This document shows, piece by piece, positions 24,170 through 31,891 of a stretch of DNA of 32,000 nt. Positions within the stretch are counted from its first letter, which is position 1. The number at the start of each line of letters is the position of its first letter. The DNA lies in the NCBI RefSeq assembly GCF_000015805.1, contig NC_009073.1, forward strand, positions 450,001-482,000, read 5' to 3'. Position numbers and translations under genes: made by a program. This stretch comes from Pyrobaculum calidifontis JCM 11548. GTDB taxonomy: Archaea > Thermoproteota > Thermoprotei > Thermoproteales > Thermoproteaceae. A model generated the notes under the pieces. It was not told where the DNA came from, made no database searches, and saw only the letters and a program-made list of their open reading frames with translations.

Positions 24170-24651
24170 GTCAAGGGGGTATTTCCGCGTCTTGTCTATA
24201 GTTTCCAAGCTTCGCAGTTTGTTAAAAGCCGAGGGCTTGCTGGACCCATAACCTGCGACAGGCTTGGTGCCCCGCTAGAGGGGCAGGCCTTGACTGCATT
24301 GTGCCGTTTTCGAGGCATTGGCGGCTGGGCTCAGAGCACTAGCGTGGTGCATCTGCGCTTAGGCGGTCTCTTTGCCTCTGCGTCTGGCGCCACGCCGTCG
24401 TTGTGCATCAAGCGGGCGCCGTGTGTCGCATCGATCTGGCATGGGGTAGGGGCCGCTGAGAGTTTTGATTTTACCAGCGTCTTTCTTCGCGGCTCTTACG
24501 CGGGGCTTATGGACCTCCTAGCGAGTGTCGGCCACTGTGGCCGCTTGTCAAAGGCGCGCATGTTTTCTACGCTCTCGGCGATTTTCCGTTGGCTTCTTAA
24601 GATGCTGTAGCCGCCTTGCCTTGTGGCGCTTCGCGGCGTTGTGTCGTGTTA

Positions 24652-24664
24652 AAGATATATTTTT
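24652..24664 (+). promoter_or_regulatory. Putative TATA box (AAGATATATTTTT) for the wHTH gene
   Basis: Centred about 23 nt upstream of GTG24681. Confidence 0.4.
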
Positions 24665-24680
24665 GCCTGTTTTATAGTGT

Positions 24681-25079
24681 GTGGAGTCTGCTGAGATAAG
24701 GCGGCGTATTGTTGAATATTTGAAGTCTGTGGGTAGTGCCTCTGTGTACGAAGTGGCTAAGGCCATTGGCCTCTCCTACGGCTCGGCGCAGTGGCATTTG
24801 TACGTCTTGGAGCGGGAGGGCATCGTCTTCTCGGTGGCGAAGGGGAAGAAGAGGATTGTCATGCTTAAGGACTCTTTGGACGCGTATATTAAGACGCTTA
24901 AGGTTAGGGACTTTTTTAGAGATTTTTGGCAGTTGCTCAGGGAGTTGGGCATTGAGAGCGACATGGACGTGGTGGACGCTTTGAAGATCCTCGAGGTGGA
25001 GCGGAGGGAGGTGGCGTCTTCTATTCTTTCCATTGCGAGGAATTTGTATGAGGCTCGGCGTGGGCGAGGACAAACTTAA
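24681..25079 (+). CDS. Winged helix-turn-helix transcriptional regulator (ArsR/TrmB-like)
   Basis: 132 aa. N-terminal RRRIVEYLKSVGSASVYEVAKAIGLSYGSAQWHLYVLEREGIV shows an HTH plus wing pattern. Confidence 0.65.
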   Translation: MESAEIRRRIVEYLKSVGSASVYEVAKAIGLSYGSAQWHLYVLEREGIVFSVAKGKKRIVMLKDSLDAYIKTLKVRDFFRDFWQLLRELGIESDMDVVDALKILEVERREVASSILSIARNLYEARRGRGQT

Positions 25080-25084
25080 ATATA
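25076..25084 (+). promoter_or_regulatory. Putative TATA box (TTAAATATA) for the erythrin-VIT1 gene
   Basis: Centred about 23 nt upstream of ATG25103. It overlaps the stop of the wHTH gene. Confidence 0.4.
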
Positions 25085-25102
25085 CATAAGATCTGCTTCG
25101 TC

Positions 25103-26002
25103 ATGGAATCAGGTTCTAGTTCGAACTTAGTTCTCGTAGCTAGAGAGGCCGCGGTGGACGAGTATAAGGAGTATTTGACCTACAGCACCTTGGCCAAGAT
25201 TGAGCGGAATCCGGCGAGGAGGGCTGTGCTTATGCGTCTGGCGGAGCAGGAGTTTAGGCATTTCCAGTTCTGGAGCAGGCTGGCCCCCGTCGAGCCCCGG
25301 GGCTGGTTGCTGAGGCTCTACGCGTGGCTTATGGCGCTGCTCCGCCTTATACTCGGCGTAACTTTTGTGGCTAAGTTTATGGAGCGGGGGGAGGAGAAGG
25401 CTATTGAGAGGTATAGGTCGGTTGAGCCCCTCCTCTCTGGGAGAGACTTGGAGGAGCTTAGGCAGATAATTAGGGATGAGGAGGAGCACGAGAGGGCGCT
25501 TATTTCTCAGCTTGACGAGACTATTGTCAAATATATGGGGGCGCTCGTCTTGGGCCTGGCTGACGCGATTATTGAAATCACCGGTGCCCACGCTGGAACT
25601 CTCGGCGCCACTGACAGCACCATCACGGCGGGCGTTATTGGCCTAATTGTGGGCATCGGCGCGTCTATCTCCATGGCCTCTGCCTCATTTCTGCAGACAA
25701 AGCACGAGGTGGGGAAGTCGCCCACTGTGGCGGCCCTTGTGACGGGTGTGGGATACATCGCGGCGGTTGCCCTTATGTCCCTGCCATACTTCCTCACACA
25801 CGACATCTACGTGGCCTTTGCCGCGTCTATCGCCGTGGGCATCTTCCTCACGTTTGTCTTAACGCTACAAGCCTCGGTCTACGCCGATAGGGACTTCAAG
25901 TTTGAGTTTTTGCAAACCGTGGGGCTTCTCTTGGGCACTGCACTGTTGACATACTTCGCGGGGACGTACCTCGGCGAGTTGTTTGGAATAAGGACTATCT
26001 GA
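25103..26002 (+). CDS. Ferritin-like (erythrin) domain fused to a VIT1/CCC1-family iron transporter (MbfA-like)
   Basis: 299 aa. Two ExxH di-iron motifs (EQEFRHF, EEEHERA) in the N-terminal half. The C-terminal half has VIT1-type TM helices (VLGLADAIIEITGAHAGTLGA...). Confidence 0.75.
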   Translation: MESGSSSNLVLVAREAAVDEYKEYLTYSTLAKIERNPARRAVLMRLAEQEFRHFQFWSRLAPVEPRGWLLRLYAWLMALLRLILGVTFVAKFMERGEEKAIERYRSVEPLLSGRDLEELRQIIRDEEEHERALISQLDETIVKYMGALVLGLADAIIEITGAHAGTLGATDSTITAGVIGLIVGIGASISMASASFLQTKHEVGKSPTVAALVTGVGYIAAVALMSLPYFLTHDIYVAFAASIAVGIFLTFVLTLQASVYADRDFKFEFLQTVGLLLGTALLTYFAGTYLGELFGIRTI

Positions 26003-26011
26003 TTTTTATAC
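26002..26011 (+). promoter_or_regulatory. Putative TATA box (ATTTTTATAC) for the UbiD-family gene
   Basis: Centred about 21 nt upstream of GTG26027. Confidence 0.35.
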
Positions 26012-26026
26012 ATCGTGATTTAACCC

Positions 26027-27475
26027 GTGTTCTCTGACCTAAGGGACTTCCTCTCAGCGCTCGAGGAGAGGGGCTGGCTGGCGCGGGTTAGAGAGCCGCT
26101 TTCGCCTGAGCTTGAGATTCCTGAGGTGTTGCGGCAGGTCATGTATGCCCGGGGGCCGGCGGTGTTGTTTGAGTCTGTGAGAGGGTTTCCGGGGTGGAGA
26201 GTTGTGGGGAACCTCTTTGGCTCTCTTGAGAGGATAAGGCTGGCGCTCGGCGTCGAGAGGCTTGAGGACGTGGGTAGGCGGCTTCTTGCGCCCCTCGCAT
26301 CCCCGCCTCCCCTCACTCTCACGGAGAAGTTCAAGGCCGCGGCTGATCTGTTTGAGCTGGGTAAATACGCGCCAAGGCTGGTGAGGGGCGGCCCTGTGAA
26401 GGAGGTTGTGGAGGAGAGGCCCAATCTGCTCTCTATACCAGCGTTTAAGACTTGGCCCAAGGACGCCGGGCGCTATATAACATATGGCCTTCTTGTAACT
26501 AGGAGGGAGGGGGTCACAAACATCGGCGTCTATAGGATCCAGGTGGTTAACGAGTCGGAGGCAATTGTGCACGCCATGGTCCACAAGAGGGCAGCTGAGC
26601 TTTTTGGCCAGTCTAGTGGCTGTGTAGAGGCCGCCATTGTAATAGGGGGCGACCCCGCCCTCCTTTTAAGCGGCATGATGCCCACCCCATACCCTCTTGA
26701 CGAGTATCTCTTCGCCGGCGTGTTGAGAGGCGGGGGGGTAGAGGTGACGAGGGGAGTGGCCACGGACCTCTACATCCCCGCCCGCGCCGAGGCCGTGGTG
26801 GAGGGCTGTATAGACGTAGGCGACTTGAGGAAGGAGGGGCCTTTCGGCGACCACTACGGCGTGTACGACCCGGGCGGCCTCTACCCCGTGTTTAAGGCGA
26901 GGGCTATTCTGCGGAGGGAGGACCCCATATACTACGGCACCGTCGTGGGTAAGCCGCCGCTGGAGGACGCCTACATGGGCAAGGCCGTGGAGCGGATTTT
27001 TCTCCCAATTCTCCAGTTCCTCTTGCCAGAGGTGGTGGACTTAAACTTGCCCGAGTATGGGCTATTCCAGGGGGTGGCCGTTGTGTCTATCCGCAAGAGG
27101 TACCCGGGCCACGGCAAAAAGGTGATGTTCGCACTGTGGGGCCTTGGTCACATGATGTCGTTGACTAAGATCATAATTGTGGTGGACCACGACGTCAATG
27201 TCCACGACTTTAACGAGGTGCTCTTCGCCCTGGCGCAGAGAGTCGACCCGCAGAGGGATGTGGTGGTGGTGCCGGGGGCCCACGTGGACGTCCTCGACAC
27301 GGGCTCGCCTATTCCTGGATACGGCTCTAAGCTGGGCATAGACGCCACTAGGAAGCTGCCGGAGGAGTACGGGGGGAGGCCGTGGCCCGAGGAAGTGGCC
27401 CCAGACCCCGAGGTGGCTAAGCGGGTTAGAGACGTGGTGGCAGAGGTCTTGGGCCGTGTGGCGTCTCGAGTTTAG
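26027..27475 (+). CDS. UbiD-family (prFMN-dependent) decarboxylase
   Basis: 482 aa. N-terminal LRDFLSALEERGWLARV, the GVYRIQV segment and EGPFGDHYGVY (compare GPFGExTGYY) are characteristic of UbiD/Fdc1 family proteins. Confidence 0.8.
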   Translation: MFSDLRDFLSALEERGWLARVREPLSPELEIPEVLRQVMYARGPAVLFESVRGFPGWRVVGNLFGSLERIRLALGVERLEDVGRRLLAPLASPPPLTLTEKFKAAADLFELGKYAPRLVRGGPVKEVVEERPNLLSIPAFKTWPKDAGRYITYGLLVTRREGVTNIGVYRIQVVNESEAIVHAMVHKRAAELFGQSSGCVEAAIVIGGDPALLLSGMMPTPYPLDEYLFAGVLRGGGVEVTRGVATDLYIPARAEAVVEGCIDVGDLRKEGPFGDHYGVYDPGGLYPVFKARAILRREDPIYYGTVVGKPPLEDAYMGKAVERIFLPILQFLLPEVVDLNLPEYGLFQGVAVVSIRKRYPGHGKKVMFALWGLGHMMSLTKIIIVVDHDVNVHDFNEVLFALAQRVDPQRDVVVVPGAHVDVLDTGSPIPGYGSKLGIDATRKLPEEYGGRPWPEEVAPDPEVAKRVRDVVAEVLGRVASRV

Positions 27476-28094
27476 AGGGGGGGAGCTCGCCAAGGTGGAG
27501 GAGCCGGCGTTGAGAGTGCCGCCTGGCCACATAGCCTTAAAGGTCAAGGCCTTCCTCGTCGACGACTTTACTCTGTGGAGCCTTAGGCGGGGGGGACGGT
27601 CGCCGTCTCGGTGGGCCTTCGGCGTAGTTGTGGCAAATGGGGAAGTGGGCCGCTACGTGGTGGCATACGCCGAAAACGCCGCGGCGCAGTACGCGGCGTC
27701 CCGCCTATATGTATACGCCTCTCCAGACCCCTCCTCGCTTGAGCTTGTCCACGTGGCCTACGTAGTCGAGGCGCTTAATAGGCTCCCCCGCTTTAGGCCT
27801 GTGGAGGTCGTCGGCGACGATCCACGGGGCTCTGCCGTGCGCAAATTGGCGGAGGTGGGGAAGTCTAAGTGGCGTGTTGTTCTCCAAGACGGGGTGGTGG
27901 AGGGCGGAGTTGCCGTCGCCTTGTCGAGGCTTGTGGAGGTTAGGGGCAACGCGCTTGTGCGCTTTGTAGATGTCCCATCTCGCCGCGCGCTAGAGGCGGC
28001 GGCTAAAATGAGGCTGAGGCTTGGGCTACCCGTTGTCGGTCTTGAAGACCTAGCCTTTGACAGGTGGGCTATTGTAAAAGTAGAGGGCGCGTAG
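27456..28094 (+). CDS. Degenerate medium-chain dehydrogenase/reductase (GroES-like/ADH) fold protein
   Basis: 212 aa, GTG start, 20-nt overlap with the UbiD gene. The N-terminus ELAKVEEPALRVPPGHIALKVKAFLV resembles the MDR N-terminal strand pattern. The Zn ligands and the GxGxxG motif (here VVGDDPRGSA) are not conserved. Confidence 0.4.
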   Translation: MWRLEFRGGELAKVEEPALRVPPGHIALKVKAFLVDDFTLWSLRRGGRSPSRWAFGVVVANGEVGRYVVAYAENAAAQYAASRLYVYASPDPSSLELVHVAYVVEALNRLPRFRPVEVVGDDPRGSAVRKLAEVGKSKWRVVLQDGVVEGGVAVALSRLVEVRGNALVRFVDVPSRRALEAAAKMRLRLGLPVVGLEDLAFDRWAIVKVEGA

Positions 28095-28104
28095 TATTTA
28101 AATT
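28095..28104 (+). promoter_or_regulatory. Putative TATA box (TATTTAAATT) for lysS
   Basis: Centred about 22 nt upstream of GTG28122. Confidence 0.45.
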
Positions 28105-28121
28105 GGGGATTTGCAGGTGCC

Positions 28122-29570
28122 GTGTCCGAAAGGCAAAGCGGCGAAAAGGTTGAGGAGTGGCGCCGCATTTTGGACTCCTTGCGTAAGGCCGGCGTTGAGC
28201 CATATCCGCACAGCTTTTCCCCCACCCACAGCATAAAGGCCTTAAACGAGCTTAGGCGGCAGGCGCTGTTGGACCCCTGGCTAGGCGCCGTGATAAGAGT
28301 GGCGGGGAGGGTGACGGATGTTAGGAGGCACCCAAACGTGGTGTTTTTAGACTTGTACGAGGATGGGGCGCGGTTTCAAGCCATGGCTGATCCAAAGCTT
28401 CCCCTGTTGGAGCACATCTGGCGGGGCGACTACGTGGGCGTGGAGGGGCCTTTGGTTAAGACGCAGAGGGGGGACTACGCCGTGAGGGCGACCTCTATTA
28501 CTCTATTGGCCAAGGCTGTTCAGCCCCTCCCCGAGTGGGGGAAGGTAGATAGGGACTCGCCCTTCTACATGCGGTACAGGTCTGTGGCCATGGTCCTCGA
28601 CTTGCAGCTTAGGTGGCGTATTGCGGCTAGGGCTAGGCTTATACAAGCGTTTAGAGAGGCCATGTGGCGTAGGGGGTTTGTGGAAATTCCCACGCCTGTC
28701 CTACAGCCCATCTACGGCGGCGCCGCCGCCAGGCCCTTTACCACGAAGGTCTGGGCCATCGACGAGGAGTGGTACCTCCGCATCTCCCCCGAGCTCTACC
28801 TCAAGCGCTACATAATCGCCGGCTTCCCCAAGGTCTTCGAGATAGGGCCTCAGTTCCGCAACGAGGACATAGACGCGTTGCACAACCCCGAGTTCTGGTC
28901 GCTTGAGGCCTATCAGGCATACGCCGACTACAGAGAGATCATGAAGCTGACGGAGGAGGTGGTGTACGAGGCCATCGTCGCGGTCTTAGGCACGCCGGTG
29001 GTTAAGTATAGGGAGTGGAGCATAAACTTCAGCCCGCCGTGGCGGCGCATAACTCTCCACGATGCGCTTAGGGAGTTCGGAGGCGAAGACCCCGAGAAGT
29101 TGACCGACGACGAGATTAAGCAGAGGCTTAGAGAGATGCAGGTACCTCTCAAGGTCTACAACCGCGGCGTAGCCCTCGTCAAGCTCTTTGAGAAGCTGGT
29201 GGAGAAGAAGCTCGTGGAGCCCACCTTCGTCTTAGACTACCCAGAGGAGTCTACGCCTCTGTGCAAGCCGCATAGGGAGAAGAAGGGCCTTGTGGAGAGG
29301 TTTGAGGCGTTCGTAGGCGGCCTCGAAATCGCCAACGCGTACACAGAGTTAAACGACCCTGTGAAGCAGTACGAGTACTTCGTCCGCGAAGAGGAGCTGT
29401 TTCCCAAGGATGAGGCGCACCCGCTGGACTGGGACTTCGTCGAAGAGCTCTCCTTCGGCATGCCTCCCACGGGCGGCGTCGGCATAGGAGTGGATAGGCT
29501 CGCCATGATTATCACCAACGCCGAGTCTATAAAGGACGTGATCCCGTATCCCATTGTGAAAAGAAAGTAG
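28122..29570 (+). CDS. lysS: Lysyl-tRNA synthetase, class II
   Basis: 482 aa. Motif 2 region FRNEDIDALHNPEFWSLEAYQAYADY and motif 3 GGVGIGVDRLAMII are typical of class IIb LysRS. N-terminal OB-fold region. Confidence 0.9.
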   Translation: MSERQSGEKVEEWRRILDSLRKAGVEPYPHSFSPTHSIKALNELRRQALLDPWLGAVIRVAGRVTDVRRHPNVVFLDLYEDGARFQAMADPKLPLLEHIWRGDYVGVEGPLVKTQRGDYAVRATSITLLAKAVQPLPEWGKVDRDSPFYMRYRSVAMVLDLQLRWRIAARARLIQAFREAMWRRGFVEIPTPVLQPIYGGAAARPFTTKVWAIDEEWYLRISPELYLKRYIIAGFPKVFEIGPQFRNEDIDALHNPEFWSLEAYQAYADYREIMKLTEEVVYEAIVAVLGTPVVKYREWSINFSPPWRRITLHDALREFGGEDPEKLTDDEIKQRLREMQVPLKVYNRGVALVKLFEKLVEKKLVEPTFVLDYPEESTPLCKPHREKKGLVERFEAFVGGLEIANAYTELNDPVKQYEYFVREEELFPKDEAHPLDWDFVEELSFGMPPTGGVGIGVDRLAMIITNAESIKDVIPYPIVKRK

Positions 29571-29578
29571 CCCCCTCC

Positions 29579-31072
29579 CTACTTAGCTATTTTCAATAGG
29601 ACGTAGGCTAACACGACTAGGACAAACGCCGAGTTCGACGCCAGGACCCAGTTTCCTAGGTACACGCCTATTGCCACCAGCATTGATAGAAGAGCCGCCA
29701 TCAGCGCCTCGTACAAGCCCAACGCCCCCTTTGCTAACGCGCTGAGTCCCTTTGGCGTCACATACCACCTAATCCTCCTCTTAAATAAGCCAAGGAGTAC
29801 GTAGAACGTCAGATAGGGGCTTAAGATTAACAACAACGAGGCCGATTGTGCCATTCTTTTGACAACTGTCCAGAAGCTGTATCCATCGCGTTTGGCGATT
29901 TTGTAGACGTAGTACACTTGCGCAAGCGCCAGTGCAAACAACGCCGCTTGGGCCATTAGGACGTAGATTGGGGGCAATAAAATGCCTGCGTACCCCATTG
30001 CGAGGCCCGCCGCCATAATTGCAAAAGTTGTCGCCACCATTAGGGGGTGTGTGGCTACGTTTAGAAAAAGACTCAACTTGTGAGACTTGGGCATTTTCAG
30101 ACTGAAAAGCGCAGATGCATATTTTGCAAATACATAGGCCGAGTTGTAGGTCCACCTGGCGTATTGCCTCTTAAATGCGTTATACCCAGCTGGGACTTCT
30201 ACGTAGACGGGGGGCCCTGGCGTATAGCGCACTTGCCCGCCGTGTACATAGGCCCTCAAAGATATGTCATAGTCGTCTGCTGTACAGTTGCAGAAGCCAC
30301 CTATCTCCTCAAAAAACTTCTTTCTCACAGCTATGCCCGACCCCAGGGCGAGCAGTGGGTGCCCAGCGTTGAATCTCCCCAATATTGCCAAGTGGTAGAG
30401 CAGATACTTGTAGAGAAAGAGCTGAAGTGAGGCTATCGGCGTATTGACAGCCGCATAGCCGTCCCAGCCGAGGAAGAGTATTTCCCTGTCGCCGACGGCC
30501 CGCGCCCTGGCGCACATGTCAAGCGGAGGCACGCTGTCGACGTCTAGGAAGAGGAGCACGTCGCCTCTGGCCCTCTCCGCGGCCCAGTTCAACGCCACCC
30601 CCTTATACCCCACGGGGTTAGGCCTCCTCAAGATTCTCACATTTGTAAGCCCTAGGGCGTCTACGGCTTCTTTCAACTTCTCAAACTTCTCAGGCGGGTC
30701 GTCGGACACTATTACCACCTCGGCGTCTGGGCAAGGGAGGGCGGCCAACCTCTTAACTGCCGCCGTCACGGTATCCACGTCCTCGTTCTTCACTGGTACA
30801 ATTATTGAAAGAAAGCCGCCAGAGGCTTGAGGGGGGTCTGCGTGTGACTCGCGGACGGCGTGCCTGGCGTAGTAAATGTAGTGCGAAATCAACAGAAGCG
30901 ACAATAGGAGGAGTGCTAGGTATATGAGAATTAGCGTGTTTTGCAACCACTCTGGCAGTAGAGGCGCGTTGGATATTACCACGGGGCCCTCCCTAGTCTT
31001 ATTTATCACCTGAAGAGTCTCGTTTAAGATGTCGCGCGGTATCGTGATGTTTAAAAAAGTGATATTGGCCAC
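29579..31072 (-). CDS. Processive GT2 beta-glycan synthase-like protein (CesA/chitin/hyaluronan synthase type)
   Basis: 497 aa, GTG start. LSIIVPVKNED, VIVSDDP, FLDVDSV, TADDYDISLR (TED-like) and RQYARW (QxxRW). One N-terminal and several C-terminal TM helices. Confidence 0.8.
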   Translation of the reverse strand: MANITFLNITIPRDILNETLQVINKTREGPVVISNAPLLPEWLQNTLILIYLALLLLSLLLISHYIYYARHAVRESHADPPQASGGFLSIIVPVKNEDVDTVTAAVKRLAALPCPDAEVVIVSDDPPEKFEKLKEAVDALGLTNVRILRRPNPVGYKGVALNWAAERARGDVLLFLDVDSVPPLDMCARARAVGDREILFLGWDGYAAVNTPIASLQLFLYKYLLYHLAILGRFNAGHPLLALGSGIAVRKKFFEEIGGFCNCTADDYDISLRAYVHGGQVRYTPGPPVYVEVPAGYNAFKRQYARWTYNSAYVFAKYASALFSLKMPKSHKLSLFLNVATHPLMVATTFAIMAAGLAMGYAGILLPPIYVLMAQAALFALALAQVYYVYKIAKRDGYSFWTVVKRMAQSASLLLILSPYLTFYVLLGLFKRRIRWYVTPKGLSALAKGALGLYEALMAALLSMLVAIGVYLGNWVLASNSAFVLVVLAYVLLKIAK

Positions 31073-31089
31073 GCCCCGTGGTAATGGGT

Positions 31090-31104
31090 ATTTTATATGT
31101 AAAA
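31090..31104 (-). promoter_or_regulatory. Putative TATA box for the minus-strand GT2 synthase
   Basis: Minus strand reads TTTTACATATAAAAT, centred about 25 nt upstream of the GTG at 31072. Confidence 0.4.
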
Positions 31105-31122
31105 CGCTGACCTCGACAGAGG

Positions 31123-31135
31123 CATATTATTAAAC
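31123..31135 (+). promoter_or_regulatory. Putative TATA box (CATATTATTAAAC) for thyX
   Basis: Centred about 22 nt upstream of ATG31151. Confidence 0.4.
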
Positions 31136-31150
31136 CCACCAACATTTTCC

Positions 31151-31891
31151 ATGTTCATTTTGGAGTCTCCGCGCGTTCGCCTTATTGGGGCTTGGGGCTC
31201 TGAGGCCCTCGTGTCTGCGTTCACCGACATGTTGTACCGCGGAGTGGAACCAGAGGAGGCGCTCAAGGCGCAGTCTGCCGACGTAGTCGAGAGGAGGATA
31301 TCTGCGTTCTACAGGCAGGGCCACTGGTCGGTCTTCGAGTTCATGGGGGCACAGTTCCTCGTGGAGTGCTCCCGCGCCTGCCACACCCAGTTCATACGCC
31401 ACCGCCTAGCCTCATACTGGTCTGAGTCCCAGCGCTACGTTGATTACACAAAGCGGGAGGTCAGATTCGTCGTGCCCAGGGGCTTCCCCGCAGACGTCCT
31501 GAAGAGGGCGTACGAGGACTACTTGGCGCTTAGGGGCCAGTACAAGCCGGAGTACGCGAGGATGGCCCTCCCCAACGCCACCGCTGTGCTGTTCGCAGTG
31601 CAAATGAACGCGAGGGAACTCCTCCTAAACTTCGTCCCACTGAGGTGCGCCGCGACGGCCCAGGCGGAGATACGCCACGTGTGTTGGCAGATTTTCGCCC
31701 ACGCGTGGCGCCTCTGGCCCACCCTGGCTAAGCTGGTGTGGGAGGACTTGCCCAACCTACACCGCGACTTCTGCACTAAGGTTCCCAAGGGGGCCGACTG
31801 CCGGGAGTACGCCATAAGAGACGCCGAGGAGAAACACGGCCCACTGCCAGAGAAGCCGTGGCTCTATGCGAGTCCTTATCAGAGGGCTTGA
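31151..31891 (+). CDS. thyX: Flavin-dependent thymidylate synthase
   Basis: 246 aa. Contains the ThyX signature RHRxxSxxxxSxR as RHRLASYWSESQR. Confidence 0.9.
   Translation: MFILESPRVRLIGAWGSEALVSAFTDMLYRGVEPEEALKAQSADVVERRISAFYRQGHWSVFEFMGAQFLVECSRACHTQFIRHRLASYWSESQRYVDYTKREVRFVVPRGFPADVLKRAYEDYLALRGQYKPEYARMALPNATAVLFAVQMNARELLLNFVPLRCAATAQAEIRHVCWQIFAHAWRLWPTLAKLVWEDLPNLHRDFCTKVPKGADCREYAIRDAEEKHGPLPEKPWLYASPYQRA

Noticed and set aside
24290-24610. 106-aa ORF downstream of the nucleotidyltransferase, and other frames in the same region, examined as a possible HEPN/DUF86 partner.
   Set aside because: No Rx4-6H motif and no convincing DUF86-like helices are present. The translations are Ala/Gly/Cys-rich and interrupted by stops in every frame. 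At most this is a decayed remnant.
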